A stretch of 64,000 nt of DNA, from NCBI GenBank assembly GCA_002372815.1, contig DFIR01000003.1:9837-73836 (forward strand). The letters run 5' to 3'. Within the stretch, counting starts at the first letter, position 1. Each line of letters starts with the position of its first letter. The notes under the pieces are model-generated. The model made no database searches and was not told where the DNA came from. It worked only from the letters and a program-made list of their open reading frames with translations. Shown in pieces: positions 9,749-19,900 of this stretch. This DNA comes from Lachnospiraceae bacterium UBA3692. Its GTDB lineage: Bacteria; Bacillota; Clostridia; Lachnospirales; Lachnospiraceae. The position numbers were made by a program, and so were the translations under genes.

Positions 9749-10054
9749 GACCCGCTGCGGAAACGTTATAACTACTGTGAAATAGCTCGTATATCACAGA
9801 GGAAATAACGTTTCTGCAGCGGGTCGTTATATCTGCTGTGAAATAGCTCGAATTTCACAGAGGAAATAACGTTTCTGCAGCGGGTCGTTATAACTGCTGT
9901 GAAATAGCTCGTATTTCACAGAGGAAATAACGTTTCCGCAGCGGATCGTTATATCTGCTGTGAAATACCTCGTATACCACAGAGAAAATAACGTTACCGC
10001 AGCGAGTCGTTATAACTGCTGTGAAATAGCTCGAATTTCACAGCAGTTATAACG
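9749..10054. repeat. Tandem array of ~4.8 palindromic 61-bp units between convergent genes
   Basis: Units start 9764, 9825, 9886, 9947, 10008; consensus cgttataactgctgtgaaatagctcgtatttcacagaggaaataacgtttctgcagcgggt. Confidence 0.95.
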
Positions 10055-10110
10055 AAAATGTCCGGCAGGTCCCTGCGGGCCTGCCGGACAGCTTTGGAAG
10101 ACATGATGTG

Positions 10111-11541
10111 TCAGTAGATAACCACGATCGTCCCTGTATCAACGGCATTAAAGAGTTCGCCGGCGGAGGAGACGGGCATGTTGACGCAGCCGTGGGAGCC
10201 GCTGTACTGGTAGATGGTGCCGCCGAAGTAGCCGCGCCACCAGGCGTCGTGGAAGCCGCAGCCGTCGTAGAAAGGCATCCAGTAGCTGACCTTGGTCTTG
10301 TACTCGGGCTTGCCGTTCTTCTTTTTCTCGCCGATGAGGGTGGCGTTGGCTTCCTTGCCCTGGATCTGCCAGATGCCGAGAGGTGTGTTGTGCTTGCCGT
10401 CCATGGTGCCGGTGACGACGTAGCACTCCATGACGACCTTGCCGTCCTTGTAGTACCACATGTACTGGTTGTCGACGTCGACTTCGATGTAGGTGTCGCC
10501 GATGCCGTCGTTGACTTCTGTGTCGACTTCGACGGTGTTGTAGGCGGGCTCGCGGGTGACGTGCTCGCCCGAGGTGCGCATGGCGCGGAGGGCTTCGATC
10601 TCGGAGATCTTGTCAAGGCCGTATCCGTAGGTGCCGCCGGGGACGGTGATGTCGCCCTTGATCGTTGCGTGGAAGTGCTTCTCCTTCCAGACGGTGTCGG
10701 TGTCCGCTTCCATCTCGTCGGCTGCGCGCAAGAGATTTTCGTCCCATTTTGCCTCGTCGTAGTAGTAGGTGCCGTCCTCCTTCACGCCCAGCCAGCTCTT
10801 GCAGGTCTCGCCGTTGAAGACGCGTTTCTTCCCGTGGGGAAGGAGGTAGGTGATGGAGCCGCGGATCAGGTCGTTGAGGTTGTCCGCCTCCGCCTGCAGG
10901 GAAGGGTCGTCTGCGCGGACCGCCGCTGTTTCATAGAGACCGTCCACGGCGTCCAGTTCGAGCGAGGTGTCACCGTCCGTGAGGCTCGCGCCGACAGCTT
11001 CGAGGAGAACGGCAGGATCCAGCGTATCGCCTTCCTCTCCGGGATCTACGACGAACTTGTTCTCTTCCTCCGAGTAGACGACCGAGGCGTCCGTGGGCGG
11101 GGTCATGTTCTCCGCCTGAAAGGCGGGGACGGATTCCAGAAAGGCCTGCAGGCGGCCGCTGTCATAGGTGTAGGTCATCGGGATGACTTCCCCGGTGCCG
11201 TCGCCGGGGAGGTACTGGAGCGGCCAGGAGGCGGCGTTCTGCTCCGCGAGGATGCGCTGCGCGGCGCCGCCGTCGGAGCAGGCCAGCCCGACGTCCTGTG
11301 CCGGGATCTGCACGCTGCTGCCGTCCCGCAAGACCAGTTCCAGGGAGCGGGAGGCTGTCTGCGCCTCCAGATCGCTCAGGACATCCTGCGGCACTTTGGA
11401 GGAGTAGTCGGTGTCGTTGATCACCGTGTCGGGGAGATAGTGTTCGTTATAATAATTGACGCCTCTCGCGTAGACGGTCACGGCCCCGAGAGCGGCCGCG
11501 GCGCCGGCGATGGCGAGAGTGCGCAGTACTTTTCTGTTCAT
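10111..11541 (-). CDS. L,D-transpeptidase (YkuD) with peptidoglycan-binding domains
   Basis: Signal/anchor; YIEVDVDNQYMW...VVTG...TPLG...GFHDAWWR...GSHGCVNM catalytic HxxxC motif. Confidence 0.93.
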   Translation of the reverse strand: MNRKVLRTLAIAGAAAALGAVTVYARGVNYYNEHYLPDTVINDTDYSSKVPQDVLSDLEAQTASRSLELVLRDGSSVQIPAQDVGLACSDGGAAQRILAEQNAASWPLQYLPGDGTGEVIPMTYTYDSGRLQAFLESVPAFQAENMTPPTDASVVYSEEENKFVVDPGEEGDTLDPAVLLEAVGASLTDGDTSLELDAVDGLYETAAVRADDPSLQAEADNLNDLIRGSITYLLPHGKKRVFNGETCKSWLGVKEDGTYYYDEAKWDENLLRAADEMEADTDTVWKEKHFHATIKGDITVPGGTYGYGLDKISEIEALRAMRTSGEHVTREPAYNTVEVDTEVNDGIGDTYIEVDVDNQYMWYYKDGKVVMECYVVTGTMDGKHNTPLGIWQIQGKEANATLIGEKKKNGKPEYKTKVSYWMPFYDGCGFHDAWWRGYFGGTIYQYSGSHGCVNMPVSSAGELFNAVDTGTIVVIY

Positions 11542-11748
11542 GAATCGTCTCTGTCCTTCTTTCAAAAATCATCCTGACCGGGTGCCGGTCAGATGTATTG
11601 TACTCCGTTTTCGACGGCTCTGCACCAGTCGGCACCGCAATAATCTGTACCAAATTTCAAACAGGAAACCGGCACTTTTTTGTGACTATTTGAACCCAGA
11701 CCGCCGGGGAGAAGAGAAGAACATCTTCCGCCGGATGTATAGGTTAAA

Positions 11749-11774
11749 ATATACAAACACGCCCGTTTGTATAT
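11749..11774. promoter_or_regulatory. Perfect 10-6-10 inverted repeat, candidate TetR-type operator upstream of the MMPL operon
   Basis: atatacaaac-acgccc-gtttgtatat adjacent to a -10-like taaaat. Confidence 0.5.
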
Positions 11775-11910
11775 CCGCGCGGAACAGGCGGGAAGGTTTG
11801 GATATTCTCAAGGCAGGGCTTTCCGCCTATCATCTTCCTTGAATCAAAAGCAGCCGGCAGAGGCTCCGGAGAGCGGTCGGCGGCACTATGTAAGGAAGGA
11901 TGCGGTACAT

Positions 11911-14031
11911 ATGAAGAATTTCGGAAAGCTCGTTGTGAGGGTAAGATACGTGATCCTGGCGCTGGCGCTGGCGCTCCTGATCCCTTCGGCCTGGGGCATG
12001 GCGCACACGAGGGTCAACTACGACCTGCTGACGTATCTTCCGGACTCGATCGAGACGATCCGGGGACAGAATATCCTGGCGGACGACTTCGGGACCGGCG
12101 CGATCTCCATGCTGGTGATCGAGAACAAGAGCGACAGGGAGATCGTGGCGATCAAAGAGCAGATCGAGAGCGTGGACCATGTGAACAAGGTGATCTGGTA
12201 TGACAGCTTCGCCGACATCACGGTCCCGAAGCAGCTGCTGCCCGACAAGCTGTACAAGGCTTTTGTGAACGGAGACGCGACGCTGCTCGCGGTGACCTAC
12301 GACTCGACGACGAGCTCCGATGACACGATGGACGCGATCACCCAGATCCGCAAGTACCTGGATCACGACGCGTACCTGCAGGGCATGTCGGCCCTGGTCA
12401 CGGACACGAAGGACCTGGCCGAGGCGGATGAACCGGTCTATGTGACGATCGCGGTGATCCTGTCCTCCATCGTCCTGGCGATCTCGATGGATACGTTCCT
12501 GGCGCCGGTCTTTTTCCTGCTTTCCATCGGCATGGCCATCCTTTATAATCTTGGTACGAATTATTTCCTGGGAGAGATCTCCTACCTGACGAAGGCGCTG
12601 GCGGCGGTCCTGCAGCTGGGCGTCACGATGGACTACTCGATCTTCCTGTGGCACAGCTTCAAGGAGGAAGAGAAGCTGCACCCCGGAGATGAGAACGGCG
12701 CCATGGCGGAGGCGATCAACCGGACGCTCCAGTCCGTCGTCGGATCCAGCGTCACGACGATCGCGGGCTTCGCGGCGCTGTGCTTCATGACCTTCCGCTT
12801 CGGCCTGGACGTCGGCGTGGTCATGATGAAGGGCGTTGCGATCGGCGTTCTCTGCTGCGTGACGGTGCTGCCTTCCATGATCCTCCTGTTCAACAGGGCG
12901 ATCGAGAAGACCAGGCATAAGAAGATCCTGCCGACATTCACGAAATTCCCCGCCTTCGTGCAGAAACATTACAAGGCGATCCTGGTGCTGTTCTGCGTCG
13001 CATGGATCCCGGCGGTGTACGGCTACACAAACGCGGGCGTCTATTACGACCTGATGGAGACGCTGCCGGACTACCTCCCTTCCATGGAGGCCAACCGCAA
13101 GCTGAATGAGAAGTTCGCCATGAACAACACGCTGATGATCCTCGCGGACAGCCATCTGGACAGCAAGACGGTCACGGCCATGTGCGACGAGATCGGAGAG
13201 GTCGACGGGGTCAAGAACGTGATCGGCCTCGGCGCCTTCCTTGGTGAGGCGATCCCCGAGGAGATGATCCCGGAGGAGATCCGGAGCGAGCTCTCAACGG
13301 ATGAATATCAGCTGCTCCTGGTCGGCAGCGAATACAAAACGGCGACGGACGAGATCAACGCGCAGATCGACACGATCAACGGGATCATCGACCGGTACGA
13401 CACAAAGGCGATGCTGATCGGCGACGCGCCCTGCACGAAGGACCTGATCAGCATCTCAGAACATGATTTCGACGTCGTCAACTGGACCTCGATCGCGATC
13501 ATCTTCTGCATCATCGCGCTGGTATTCCGTTCGTTCACACTGCCGTTCGTGCTGGTCCTGGTCATCGAGTGCGCGATCTTCATCAATATGGCAGTTCCCT
13601 ATTACACGGGTACGGTCCTGCCGTTCATCGCCTCGATCGTGATCGGCACCATACAGCTGGGCAGCACCGTGGACTACGCGGTCCTGATGACCAGCCGCTA
13701 CCAGCAGGAGCGCCGCAGCGGCAAGCCGCGGGAGGAAGCGGTCCGGATCGCCCACGCGACGTCCATCGACAGCATCCTCATCAGTGCGATGTCCTTCTTC
13801 GCCGCGACGATCGGTGTCGGGATCTACTCGAAGATCTCGATCATCTCGGCCCTCTGCCTCCTGATGGCGAGAGGCGCCCTGATCAGCATGGTGACGGTCC
13901 TGCTGGTCCTGCCTGCAGCCCTGCTTCTGCTGGACGGCGTGATCGTCCGCACGAGCGCCGGGTTCCTGCCGCCCAGGCAGAAATCGCAGGAGGACGGAAG
14001 CAGACACCACAAGGAAACACAGCCGGCATGA
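11911..14031 (+). CDS. MMPL/RND-family transporter
   Basis: Duplicated halves with LQLGVTMDYSIFL and IQLGSTVDYAVL; about 12 TM helices; RBS AAGGAAGG, ATG 11911. Confidence 0.9.
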   Translation: MKNFGKLVVRVRYVILALALALLIPSAWGMAHTRVNYDLLTYLPDSIETIRGQNILADDFGTGAISMLVIENKSDREIVAIKEQIESVDHVNKVIWYDSFADITVPKQLLPDKLYKAFVNGDATLLAVTYDSTTSSDDTMDAITQIRKYLDHDAYLQGMSALVTDTKDLAEADEPVYVTIAVILSSIVLAISMDTFLAPVFFLLSIGMAILYNLGTNYFLGEISYLTKALAAVLQLGVTMDYSIFLWHSFKEEEKLHPGDENGAMAEAINRTLQSVVGSSVTTIAGFAALCFMTFRFGLDVGVVMMKGVAIGVLCCVTVLPSMILLFNRAIEKTRHKKILPTFTKFPAFVQKHYKAILVLFCVAWIPAVYGYTNAGVYYDLMETLPDYLPSMEANRKLNEKFAMNNTLMILADSHLDSKTVTAMCDEIGEVDGVKNVIGLGAFLGEAIPEEMIPEEIRSELSTDEYQLLLVGSEYKTATDEINAQIDTINGIIDRYDTKAMLIGDAPCTKDLISISEHDFDVVNWTSIAIIFCIIALVFRSFTLPFVLVLVIECAIFINMAVPYYTGTVLPFIASIVIGTIQLGSTVDYAVLMTSRYQQERRSGKPREEAVRIAHATSIDSILISAMSFFAATIGVGIYSKISIISALCLLMARGALISMVTVLLVLPAALLLLDGVIVRTSAGFLPPRQKSQEDGSRHHKETQPA

Positions 14032-14081
14032 TCCGGTCATACATAGAGTCATAAATCAGTTTCGGAAAGGTCGGATATATC

Positions 14082-17000
14082 ATGAAGAACAAACAGATCC
14101 TCGCATTTCTTTTGTCAGCGGCGCTGACGGCAGGCGCGGCTTCCATGCCGGTCACCGTGTTCGCGGCGGAGACGCCCGCGGCCGGTACGATGGAGGAGGC
14201 AGCCGGGATCGAGACCGCACTCACCGCGGCGGTGCGTGAGGCGGCCGGTCTGGCGCAGAAGGAGGAGACCGTCTATATTTTCGCGGATGCAGAGGGCAAC
14301 CAGAAAGATATCACCGTCTCCGGGTGGCTGAAGAACCCGGACGGCGCCGCGACGCTCACGGACAGCACGACGGCGCGGGATATCGAGAACGTCAAGGGCG
14401 ACGAGACCTTCACGGCGGACGGCAGTGACATCACATGGAATGCCGGCGGCAAGGACATCTATTACCAGGGAACGACGGACAAGCAGCCGCCGGTCACCGA
14501 GAAGATCACTTACTACCTGGACGGGAAGAAAGTGGCCCCCGCAGACCTCGCAGGCGCCACCGGCAAGGTGACCGTCCACATCGACTACACGAACCACGAG
14601 AAGCAGGGCAATGTCTACGTGCCTTTCACCACCGTCACGGGCATGGTCTTCTCCAATGACAAGGTGAAGAACGTGAAGGTCGACCACGGCAGCGTCGTCT
14701 CCGAGGGCAAGAACACGGTGGTCGTCGGCATGGCTTTCCCGGGTATGCAGGAGAGCCTCAATGCGGCCAAGCAGGATACGGAAGACCTCCTCGAGAGCAT
14801 GGACGCCAGCGAGAAAGCCCGGAAGAAGGTGGCGGACCTCGACATCCCGGACTCCGTGGAGATCTCCTTCGACGCCGAGGACTTCGAGATGAGCACCTGC
14901 CTGACGATGGTCTTCTCCGGCATGCTCAGCGGTGAGGACGAGGAGACGCTCGACGAGGATCACGACAGCATCTTCGACGAGATGGACAGCAAGATCGCGG
15001 ACCTGGAGAGCGACGGCGAGAAGCTCGCGGACGGCGCGGGACAGCTCTCCGACGGGATCGGGGAGGCCGGTGACGGCGCCTCGGATCTCGCGGACGGCGC
15101 GCGGAAGCTCGCCGACGGCGTGAAGGAGTACACGGACGGCGTCGCACAGGTCGACACCGGTGCACAGCAGCTGGCGGGCGGCCTGCAGGAGGCCGGAGAG
15201 GGCACGAAGCAGCTGAACGCGGGACTCTCGCAGTACGCGGAAGGCGTGCAGAGCGTCGACACCGGCGCCCAGCAGCTGGCAGCGGGACTCGGGGAACTGA
15301 ATAATAATTCCGGCGCACTGAAGCAGGGAGCCGGACAGCTCTCCCAGGGCCTGGCACAGCTGCAGAAGGGCCTCGCCGGCGAGGATGCCCAGAAGCAGAT
15401 GCAGCAGCTCCTGAACGGCGGACAGGAACTTGCCGACGGCGCACAGAAGCTCGCCGACAGCGCGGACCAGATCACCGGGACCGCACAGCAGATCGCGGAC
15501 GGTCTCACACAGATCACCGGCATGCAGGCCGGTGAGGAAGGGGCGGTATTCGCAAACTCCGAGGCGCTCCGTCAGGGCGCACAGCAGCTCGGCACCGGCG
15601 CGTCGCAGGTCGCCGGCGGGCTCACCCAGGCGCAGGCGGGCGCACAGCAGCTGTCCGAGGGCATCGGCCAGTATGCGGGAGGCATCACGCAGGCGGCACA
15701 GGCGGTCTCCGCAGCCGCTTCCGATCTGCAGGCGGCCGCAGAGAAGGCACAGCAGGCCGGCACGGCGTTCCGCTCCTCCGCGGAGCAGCTGCAGGAGGCG
15801 GTCTCTGCGGACAGCTTCTCCAAGGACGGCGAGCAGCTCGGCAGTGACCTCGACAGCCTGTCGGACGGCGTCGGCACCCTCACGCAGGACGCGCAGTCCC
15901 TGCAGACCGCGGCACAGAATTTCTCAGACGGCCTCGGAAACGTAAAGAGCAGCGCGGCAGCGGACGGCAGAAGCGCGGCGGCATCCGGCGACAGCGTCTA
16001 CCAGGCGGCCGTCTCCGCGATCAAAGCTTCCGGCCTCTCAGAAGAAGATAAAGAAACCGCGATCGCAGCCCTCCAGGCAGCGGGCATCGCCGGAAAAGTA
16101 GACGCAGCCGTAGGCGACGCAGCCGATGCGGCAGCGGCTTCTGCGGTGGACAGCGTCTCCGCTTCCGCCTCCGACCTGTCCCAGCGCGCAGCGGGCCTGC
16201 AGACCTCCGCGGAGACCGTCTCCGGACGGATCGGCTCCGTCCGCGAGAGCGGAAAGGCTCTGACAACGGACGCGGACACCGCGAAGCAGGCACTCGCCTC
16301 CATGGACGGCACGATGCAGGATCTCGACGGAGCACTGAGTGCCATGACCGAGGGCAGCCGGAATGTCGCCGGCAAGGCACAGGTCCTCGAAGGTACAGTG
16401 GATGCCGCGAACCAGTCCTCTGAGAAGCTGGCCGGCAGTGCGTCGGCACTCGCTGACAGCCTGGGACAGCTGCAGGAAGGCGCCTCACAGGTCGCCGGCG
16501 GTCTCAATGGCGGCGGTGAAGGGAAAGGCGCGGGCCTTGCCGGCAGCATCGCCCAGTATACGGCGGGCGTCGACCAGGCAGCAGCCGGTGCAGGACAGTT
16601 CGCACAGGCACTGACAGATGAGGAGAACGGCCTGAAGAGCGGCGCCGAGACCCTCAGCAAGGGCATCCAGCAGTACACAGCCGGTGTGAAACAGCTCGCC
16701 GGCAGCCTGCAGGAAGCCGCAGAGGGCGTAGGTCAGCTGGCGGCCGGCGCGGGACAGCTCGATGACGGCATCGCGCAGTACACAGCCGGCGTGGAGCAGG
16801 TGTCCGGCGGCGCACAGAAGCTGGCGGCGGGCACCGCGCAGCTCAAGGACAATTCCAGACAGCTGCTCTCCGGTATGAAGACCCTCGAGACCGGCGCACA
16901 GCAGCTGGCCGACGGCGCCAGGGAACTGGCCGGCGGCACGTCCCAGCTGAAGAACAACTCCGGAACCCTGAACGAAGGCACCGGCAAGCTCTCCGACGGC

Positions 17001-17258
17001 GCACAGAAGCTGGCGGACGGCATGGCGGAGATCCTGTCCGGCAGTGTGGAGCTCAAGGACGGCTGTGCAAAACTCAATGAGGAAGGCATCCGCAAAGTGG
17101 CGGACCTGTACCGCACGGACATCAAGTCCATCGACAGCCGGATCACGGAACTGAAGGACGCCGCCGGTGTCTACAAGACCTTCACCGGCGAGAAGACCAA
17201 TCCCGACAGCAGCGTCAAATTCATCATCAAGACTGACGGGATCGAGAAAGAAGACTGA
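14082..17258 (+). CDS. Secreted/anchored YhgE/Pip-like protein with long xxxLxxG heptad repeats
   Basis: Signal peptide; KEETVYIF...ENVKGDE N-domain; many LADGAxQLxxG heptads; C-terminus SVKFIIKTD. Confidence 0.8.
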   Translation: MKNKQILAFLLSAALTAGAASMPVTVFAAETPAAGTMEEAAGIETALTAAVREAAGLAQKEETVYIFADAEGNQKDITVSGWLKNPDGAATLTDSTTARDIENVKGDETFTADGSDITWNAGGKDIYYQGTTDKQPPVTEKITYYLDGKKVAPADLAGATGKVTVHIDYTNHEKQGNVYVPFTTVTGMVFSNDKVKNVKVDHGSVVSEGKNTVVVGMAFPGMQESLNAAKQDTEDLLESMDASEKARKKVADLDIPDSVEISFDAEDFEMSTCLTMVFSGMLSGEDEETLDEDHDSIFDEMDSKIADLESDGEKLADGAGQLSDGIGEAGDGASDLADGARKLADGVKEYTDGVAQVDTGAQQLAGGLQEAGEGTKQLNAGLSQYAEGVQSVDTGAQQLAAGLGELNNNSGALKQGAGQLSQGLAQLQKGLAGEDAQKQMQQLLNGGQELADGAQKLADSADQITGTAQQIADGLTQITGMQAGEEGAVFANSEALRQGAQQLGTGASQVAGGLTQAQAGAQQLSEGIGQYAGGITQAAQAVSAAASDLQAAAEKAQQAGTAFRSSAEQLQEAVSADSFSKDGEQLGSDLDSLSDGVGTLTQDAQSLQTAAQNFSDGLGNVKSSAAADGRSAAASGDSVYQAAVSAIKASGLSEEDKETAIAALQAAGIAGKVDAAVGDAADAAAASAVDSVSASASDLSQRAAGLQTSAETVSGRIGSVRESGKALTTDADTAKQALASMDGTMQDLDGALSAMTEGSRNVAGKAQVLEGTVDAANQSSEKLAGSASALADSLGQLQEGASQVAGGLNGGGEGKGAGLAGSIAQYTAGVDQAAAGAGQFAQALTDEENGLKSGAETLSKGIQQYTAGVKQLAGSLQEAAEGVGQLAAGAGQLDDGIAQYTAGVEQVSGGAQKLAAGTAQLKDNSRQLLSGMKTLETGAQQLADGARELAGGTSQLKNNSGTLNEGTGKLSDGAQKLADGMAEILSGSVELKDGCAKLNEEGIRKVADLYRTDIKSIDSRITELKDAAGVYKTFTGEKTNPDSSVKFIIKTDGIEKED

Positions 17259-17259
17259 T

Positions 17260-17823
17260 ATGCACGTTCTGAGCCTGATCATCCTGACAATGTCGCTGTG
17301 CCTCGGCGTCTACGGCGCCGTGGCCCGGCAGGGATCGAATATCGTCCATCTCGACAGGCGCATGACGATCATGGCGCTCCTGTGGGGCGCCATGCAGCTC
17401 CTCGTCGCCTGCACCGGGTACGGGATCGGCACCCTGCTCCTTCGCGCGGAGATCGCCGGCATGCGCAGCACCTTCTGGCCGCGCGTCCTGGCAGGCGTCC
17501 TCCTGATCCTGTGCGGGATCCGCATGGTCATGATCGGCCTGAAGCGCAAGACATTCTTTGAACACCGCATGGAGAAGATCGACATGCGGGAGGACCTGGT
17601 CCTCTCCCTGCGCACCGGCGGCATGGCCCTGACCGGCGGCGCCGTCTGCGGCCTTCTCCAGTATCCCATCGCCGCAATGATCCCCGCCTCCTTCGCCGGC
17701 GCCGGCATCTGCACCGTCCTCGGCTACCTCGGCGGCCGCGCCTTCGGCCCCGCCAACACCGACACCGCCGACATCCTCGGCGGCGTGCTGCTGTGTTTTC
17801 TGGCGGCGGCGCTGCAGATGTAA
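17260..17823 (+). CDS. MntP-like manganese efflux membrane protein (divergent)
   Basis: Six hydrophobic segments, ILGGVLL near the C-terminus; ATG 17260 just after the preceding stop. Confidence 0.55.
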   Translation: MHVLSLIILTMSLCLGVYGAVARQGSNIVHLDRRMTIMALLWGAMQLLVACTGYGIGTLLLRAEIAGMRSTFWPRVLAGVLLILCGIRMVMIGLKRKTFFEHRMEKIDMREDLVLSLRTGGMALTGGAVCGLLQYPIAAMIPASFAGAGICTVLGYLGGRAFGPANTDTADILGGVLLCFLAAALQM

Positions 17824-17891
17824 GCGCGCAGGGGACCGCGCGCAGGGGACGGTTCTCTGCGCGCTGTGTATACAATCATACAAAACCGCAT

Positions 17892-18121
17892 CCTCTGTAT
17901 TCATGAGAGGCACGGTTCACTTCGCGGAGATCCGCGTAGATCTGTGCGGCATGCCTGCCGGGCAATGACCAAACTCGGATCCCGCTCTGATGAGCGGTCT
18001 CCTCAGACACATGCTCAAAAAAACCCGCAGCCCGAAGCTGCGGGTTTTTGCCCGGCAGACATACTTCACAGATCAGGCGGATCAAGCCGCTCGTTCAGAG
18101 TGCCTCTCATGAACACAAAGG
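17892..18121 (-). ncRNA. Candidate structured RNA or MITE-like long hairpin (~230 nt)
   Basis: 17892-17965 pairs with 18048-18121; the C/A mismatches become G-U pairs on the minus strand; internal UUCG-containing terminator-like hairpin. Confidence 0.45.
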
Positions 18122-18165
18122 GCCGGCAGAGCAGCCGCAGTGTCCAGGAAACGTCCGCCACACAA

Positions 18166-18199
18166 CAAAACGCGCAGGGAAAACTCCCTGCGCGTTTTG
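18166..18199 (-). terminator. Intrinsic terminator downstream of the phosphohexomutase gene
   Basis: caaaacgcgcaggga-aaac-tccctgcgcgttttg perfect stem. Confidence 0.75.
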
Positions 18200-18217
18200 C
18201 TCTGAGATCTTATCTTA

Positions 18218-19900
18218 TCATGCAAAGATCGGCTTCACGGCCTCGGAGAGGGCGTCCTTCTCCGCCTGGGCGGCGGCGAGGTCCTTGCCGAGGGTGGTGT
18301 AGTAGGCCTTGATCTTGGGCTCGGTGCCGGAAGGACGGATCATGACCTTGGCGCCGTCGTCGAGAACGTAGGAGAGGACGTTGGCCTTGGGAAGGCCGGT
18401 CTCTTCGGGCTTCGTGTAGTCGGTGACGGAGACGATCTTCCTCTCGCCGAGGGCGGTCGGAGGATTCTCGCGGAGGCCGGTCATGATGCCCGCCATTTTC
18501 TCCATGCCGGAGAGGCCGGGGAACTCGACGGTGTCGATCTTGTTGAGATAGCGGCCGTACTGGGCGTAGATCTCTTCAAGACGCTGCTTGATGCTGGAGC
18601 CGATGCTGCGGTAGTAGGCAGCCATCTCGCAGATCAGCATGGAGCCGATGATGGCGTCCTTGTCGCGGACATAAGGGCCTGCCAGGTAGCCGTAGCTCTC
18701 TTCGAAACCGAAGATGAAGCGGTCCACCTCGCCGGCAGCTTCGAGCTGGGCGATCTGGTCGCCGATCCACTTGAAGCCGGTCAGGGTCTGGCGCAGCTCG
18801 ACGCCGTAGTGCTCGGCGATCTTCTCAGCCAGAGGCGTGGAGACGATGGACATGACGGCGACAGGATTCTTGGGCATGGTGCCCTGTTCGATGCGTCCCG
18901 CGCAGATGTAGTCGAGCAGGAGAGCGCCCATCTCATTGCCGCTGACGAGCTCGTAGGAGCCGTCCGGGCACTTCATGGCGATGCCCACGCGGTCCGCGTC
19001 GGGATCCGTGGCAAGCATCAGATCTGCGCCGACTTCCTTGGCGAGCTCGAGGCCCTTCTGCAGCGCCTCGAAGATCTCGGGGTTCGGATACGGGCAGGTG
19101 GTGAAGTAGCCGTTCGGATACTCCTGCTCGGGCACGATCGTGATGTCGGTGATCCCCATGTCCTTCAGAACGTGGGTCACAGGGACGAGGCCCGTGCCGT
19201 TCAGAGGGGAGTAGACGAGCTTCAGGCCGGCCGTCTTGCAGAGACCCGGACGCACCTGGCGCGCCTCGATGGCCTCGTAGAGGGCTTCCTTGCAGTCGTT
19301 GCCGACGAAGCGGATGAGACCGCGCTCGACGCCTTCCGCGAAAGTGATGTACTTCGCGCCGGTCAGGACATCGGTCTTCTGGATCGCGTCATAAACGATC
19401 GCCGCAGCGTCATCGGTCATCTGGCATCCGTCCGGGCCGTAGGCCTTGAAGCCGTTGTACCTGGCCGGATTGTGGGAAGCGGTGATCATGATGCCCGCGT
19501 TGCAGTGATAGTAGCGGGTCGCGAAGGAGAGTGCCGGGACGGGCATGAGCTCGTCGTAGATGCGGACGTTGATGCCGTTCGCTGCGAGGACGCCTGCGGC
19601 ATCCCTGGCGAAGTTCCAGCCCTTCAGACGGCTGTCGTAGCTGATCGCGACGGTCTGGGTGCCGCCCTGTGTCTTCACCCAGTCGGCGACGCCCTGGGTG
19701 GCCTGACGGACGACCCAGATATTCATACGGTTGGTGCCGGCGCCGAGCGTGCCGCGCAGACCTGCGGTGCCGAACTGCAGTGCCACCGCAAATCGCTCCT
19801 TGATCGCCTCATCGTCCCCCTCGATCTTTGCGAGTTCGGTGTGCAGATCGCAGTCCTCGAGATCCGCTGCCAGCCAGCGCCGGTAATCGTCAAGATACAT
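18218..19900 (-). CDS. pgm: Phosphoglucomutase/phosphomannomutase
   Basis: FGTAGLRG, TASHNP catalytic Ser, DPDADR metal loop, FEESYG, IRPSGTEPKIK; start chosen from RBS AGGTGG (alternative 19906). Confidence 0.93.
   Translation of the reverse strand: MYLDDYRRWLAADLEDCDLHTELAKIEGDDEAIKERFAVALQFGTAGLRGTLGAGTNRMNIWVVRQATQGVADWVKTQGGTQTVAISYDSRLKGWNFARDAAGVLAANGINVRIYDELMPVPALSFATRYYHCNAGIMITASHNPARYNGFKAYGPDGCQMTDDAAAIVYDAIQKTDVLTGAKYITFAEGVERGLIRFVGNDCKEALYEAIEARQVRPGLCKTAGLKLVYSPLNGTGLVPVTHVLKDMGITDITIVPEQEYPNGYFTTCPYPNPEIFEALQKGLELAKEVGADLMLATDPDADRVGIAMKCPDGSYELVSGNEMGALLLDYICAGRIEQGTMPKNPVAVMSIVSTPLAEKIAEHYGVELRQTLTGFKWIGDQIAQLEAAGEVDRFIFGFEESYGYLAGPYVRDKDAIIGSMLICEMAAYYRSIGSSIKQRLEEIYAQYGRYLNKIDTVEFPGLSGMEKMAGIMTGLRENPPTALGERKIVSVTDYTKPEETGLPKANVLSYVLDDGAKVMIRPSGTEPKIKAYYTTLGKDLAAAQAEKDALSEAVKPIFA

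Noticed and set aside
9764-10054. CRISPR array interpretation of the 61-bp repeats
   Set aside because: Units are near-identical over their full length with no unique spacers, and there are no cas genes in the window
17987-18025. Hammerhead ribozyme suggested by CTGATGAG
   Set aside because: No GAAA follows a stem II and stems I/III cannot be built; the motif sits inside a simple hairpin
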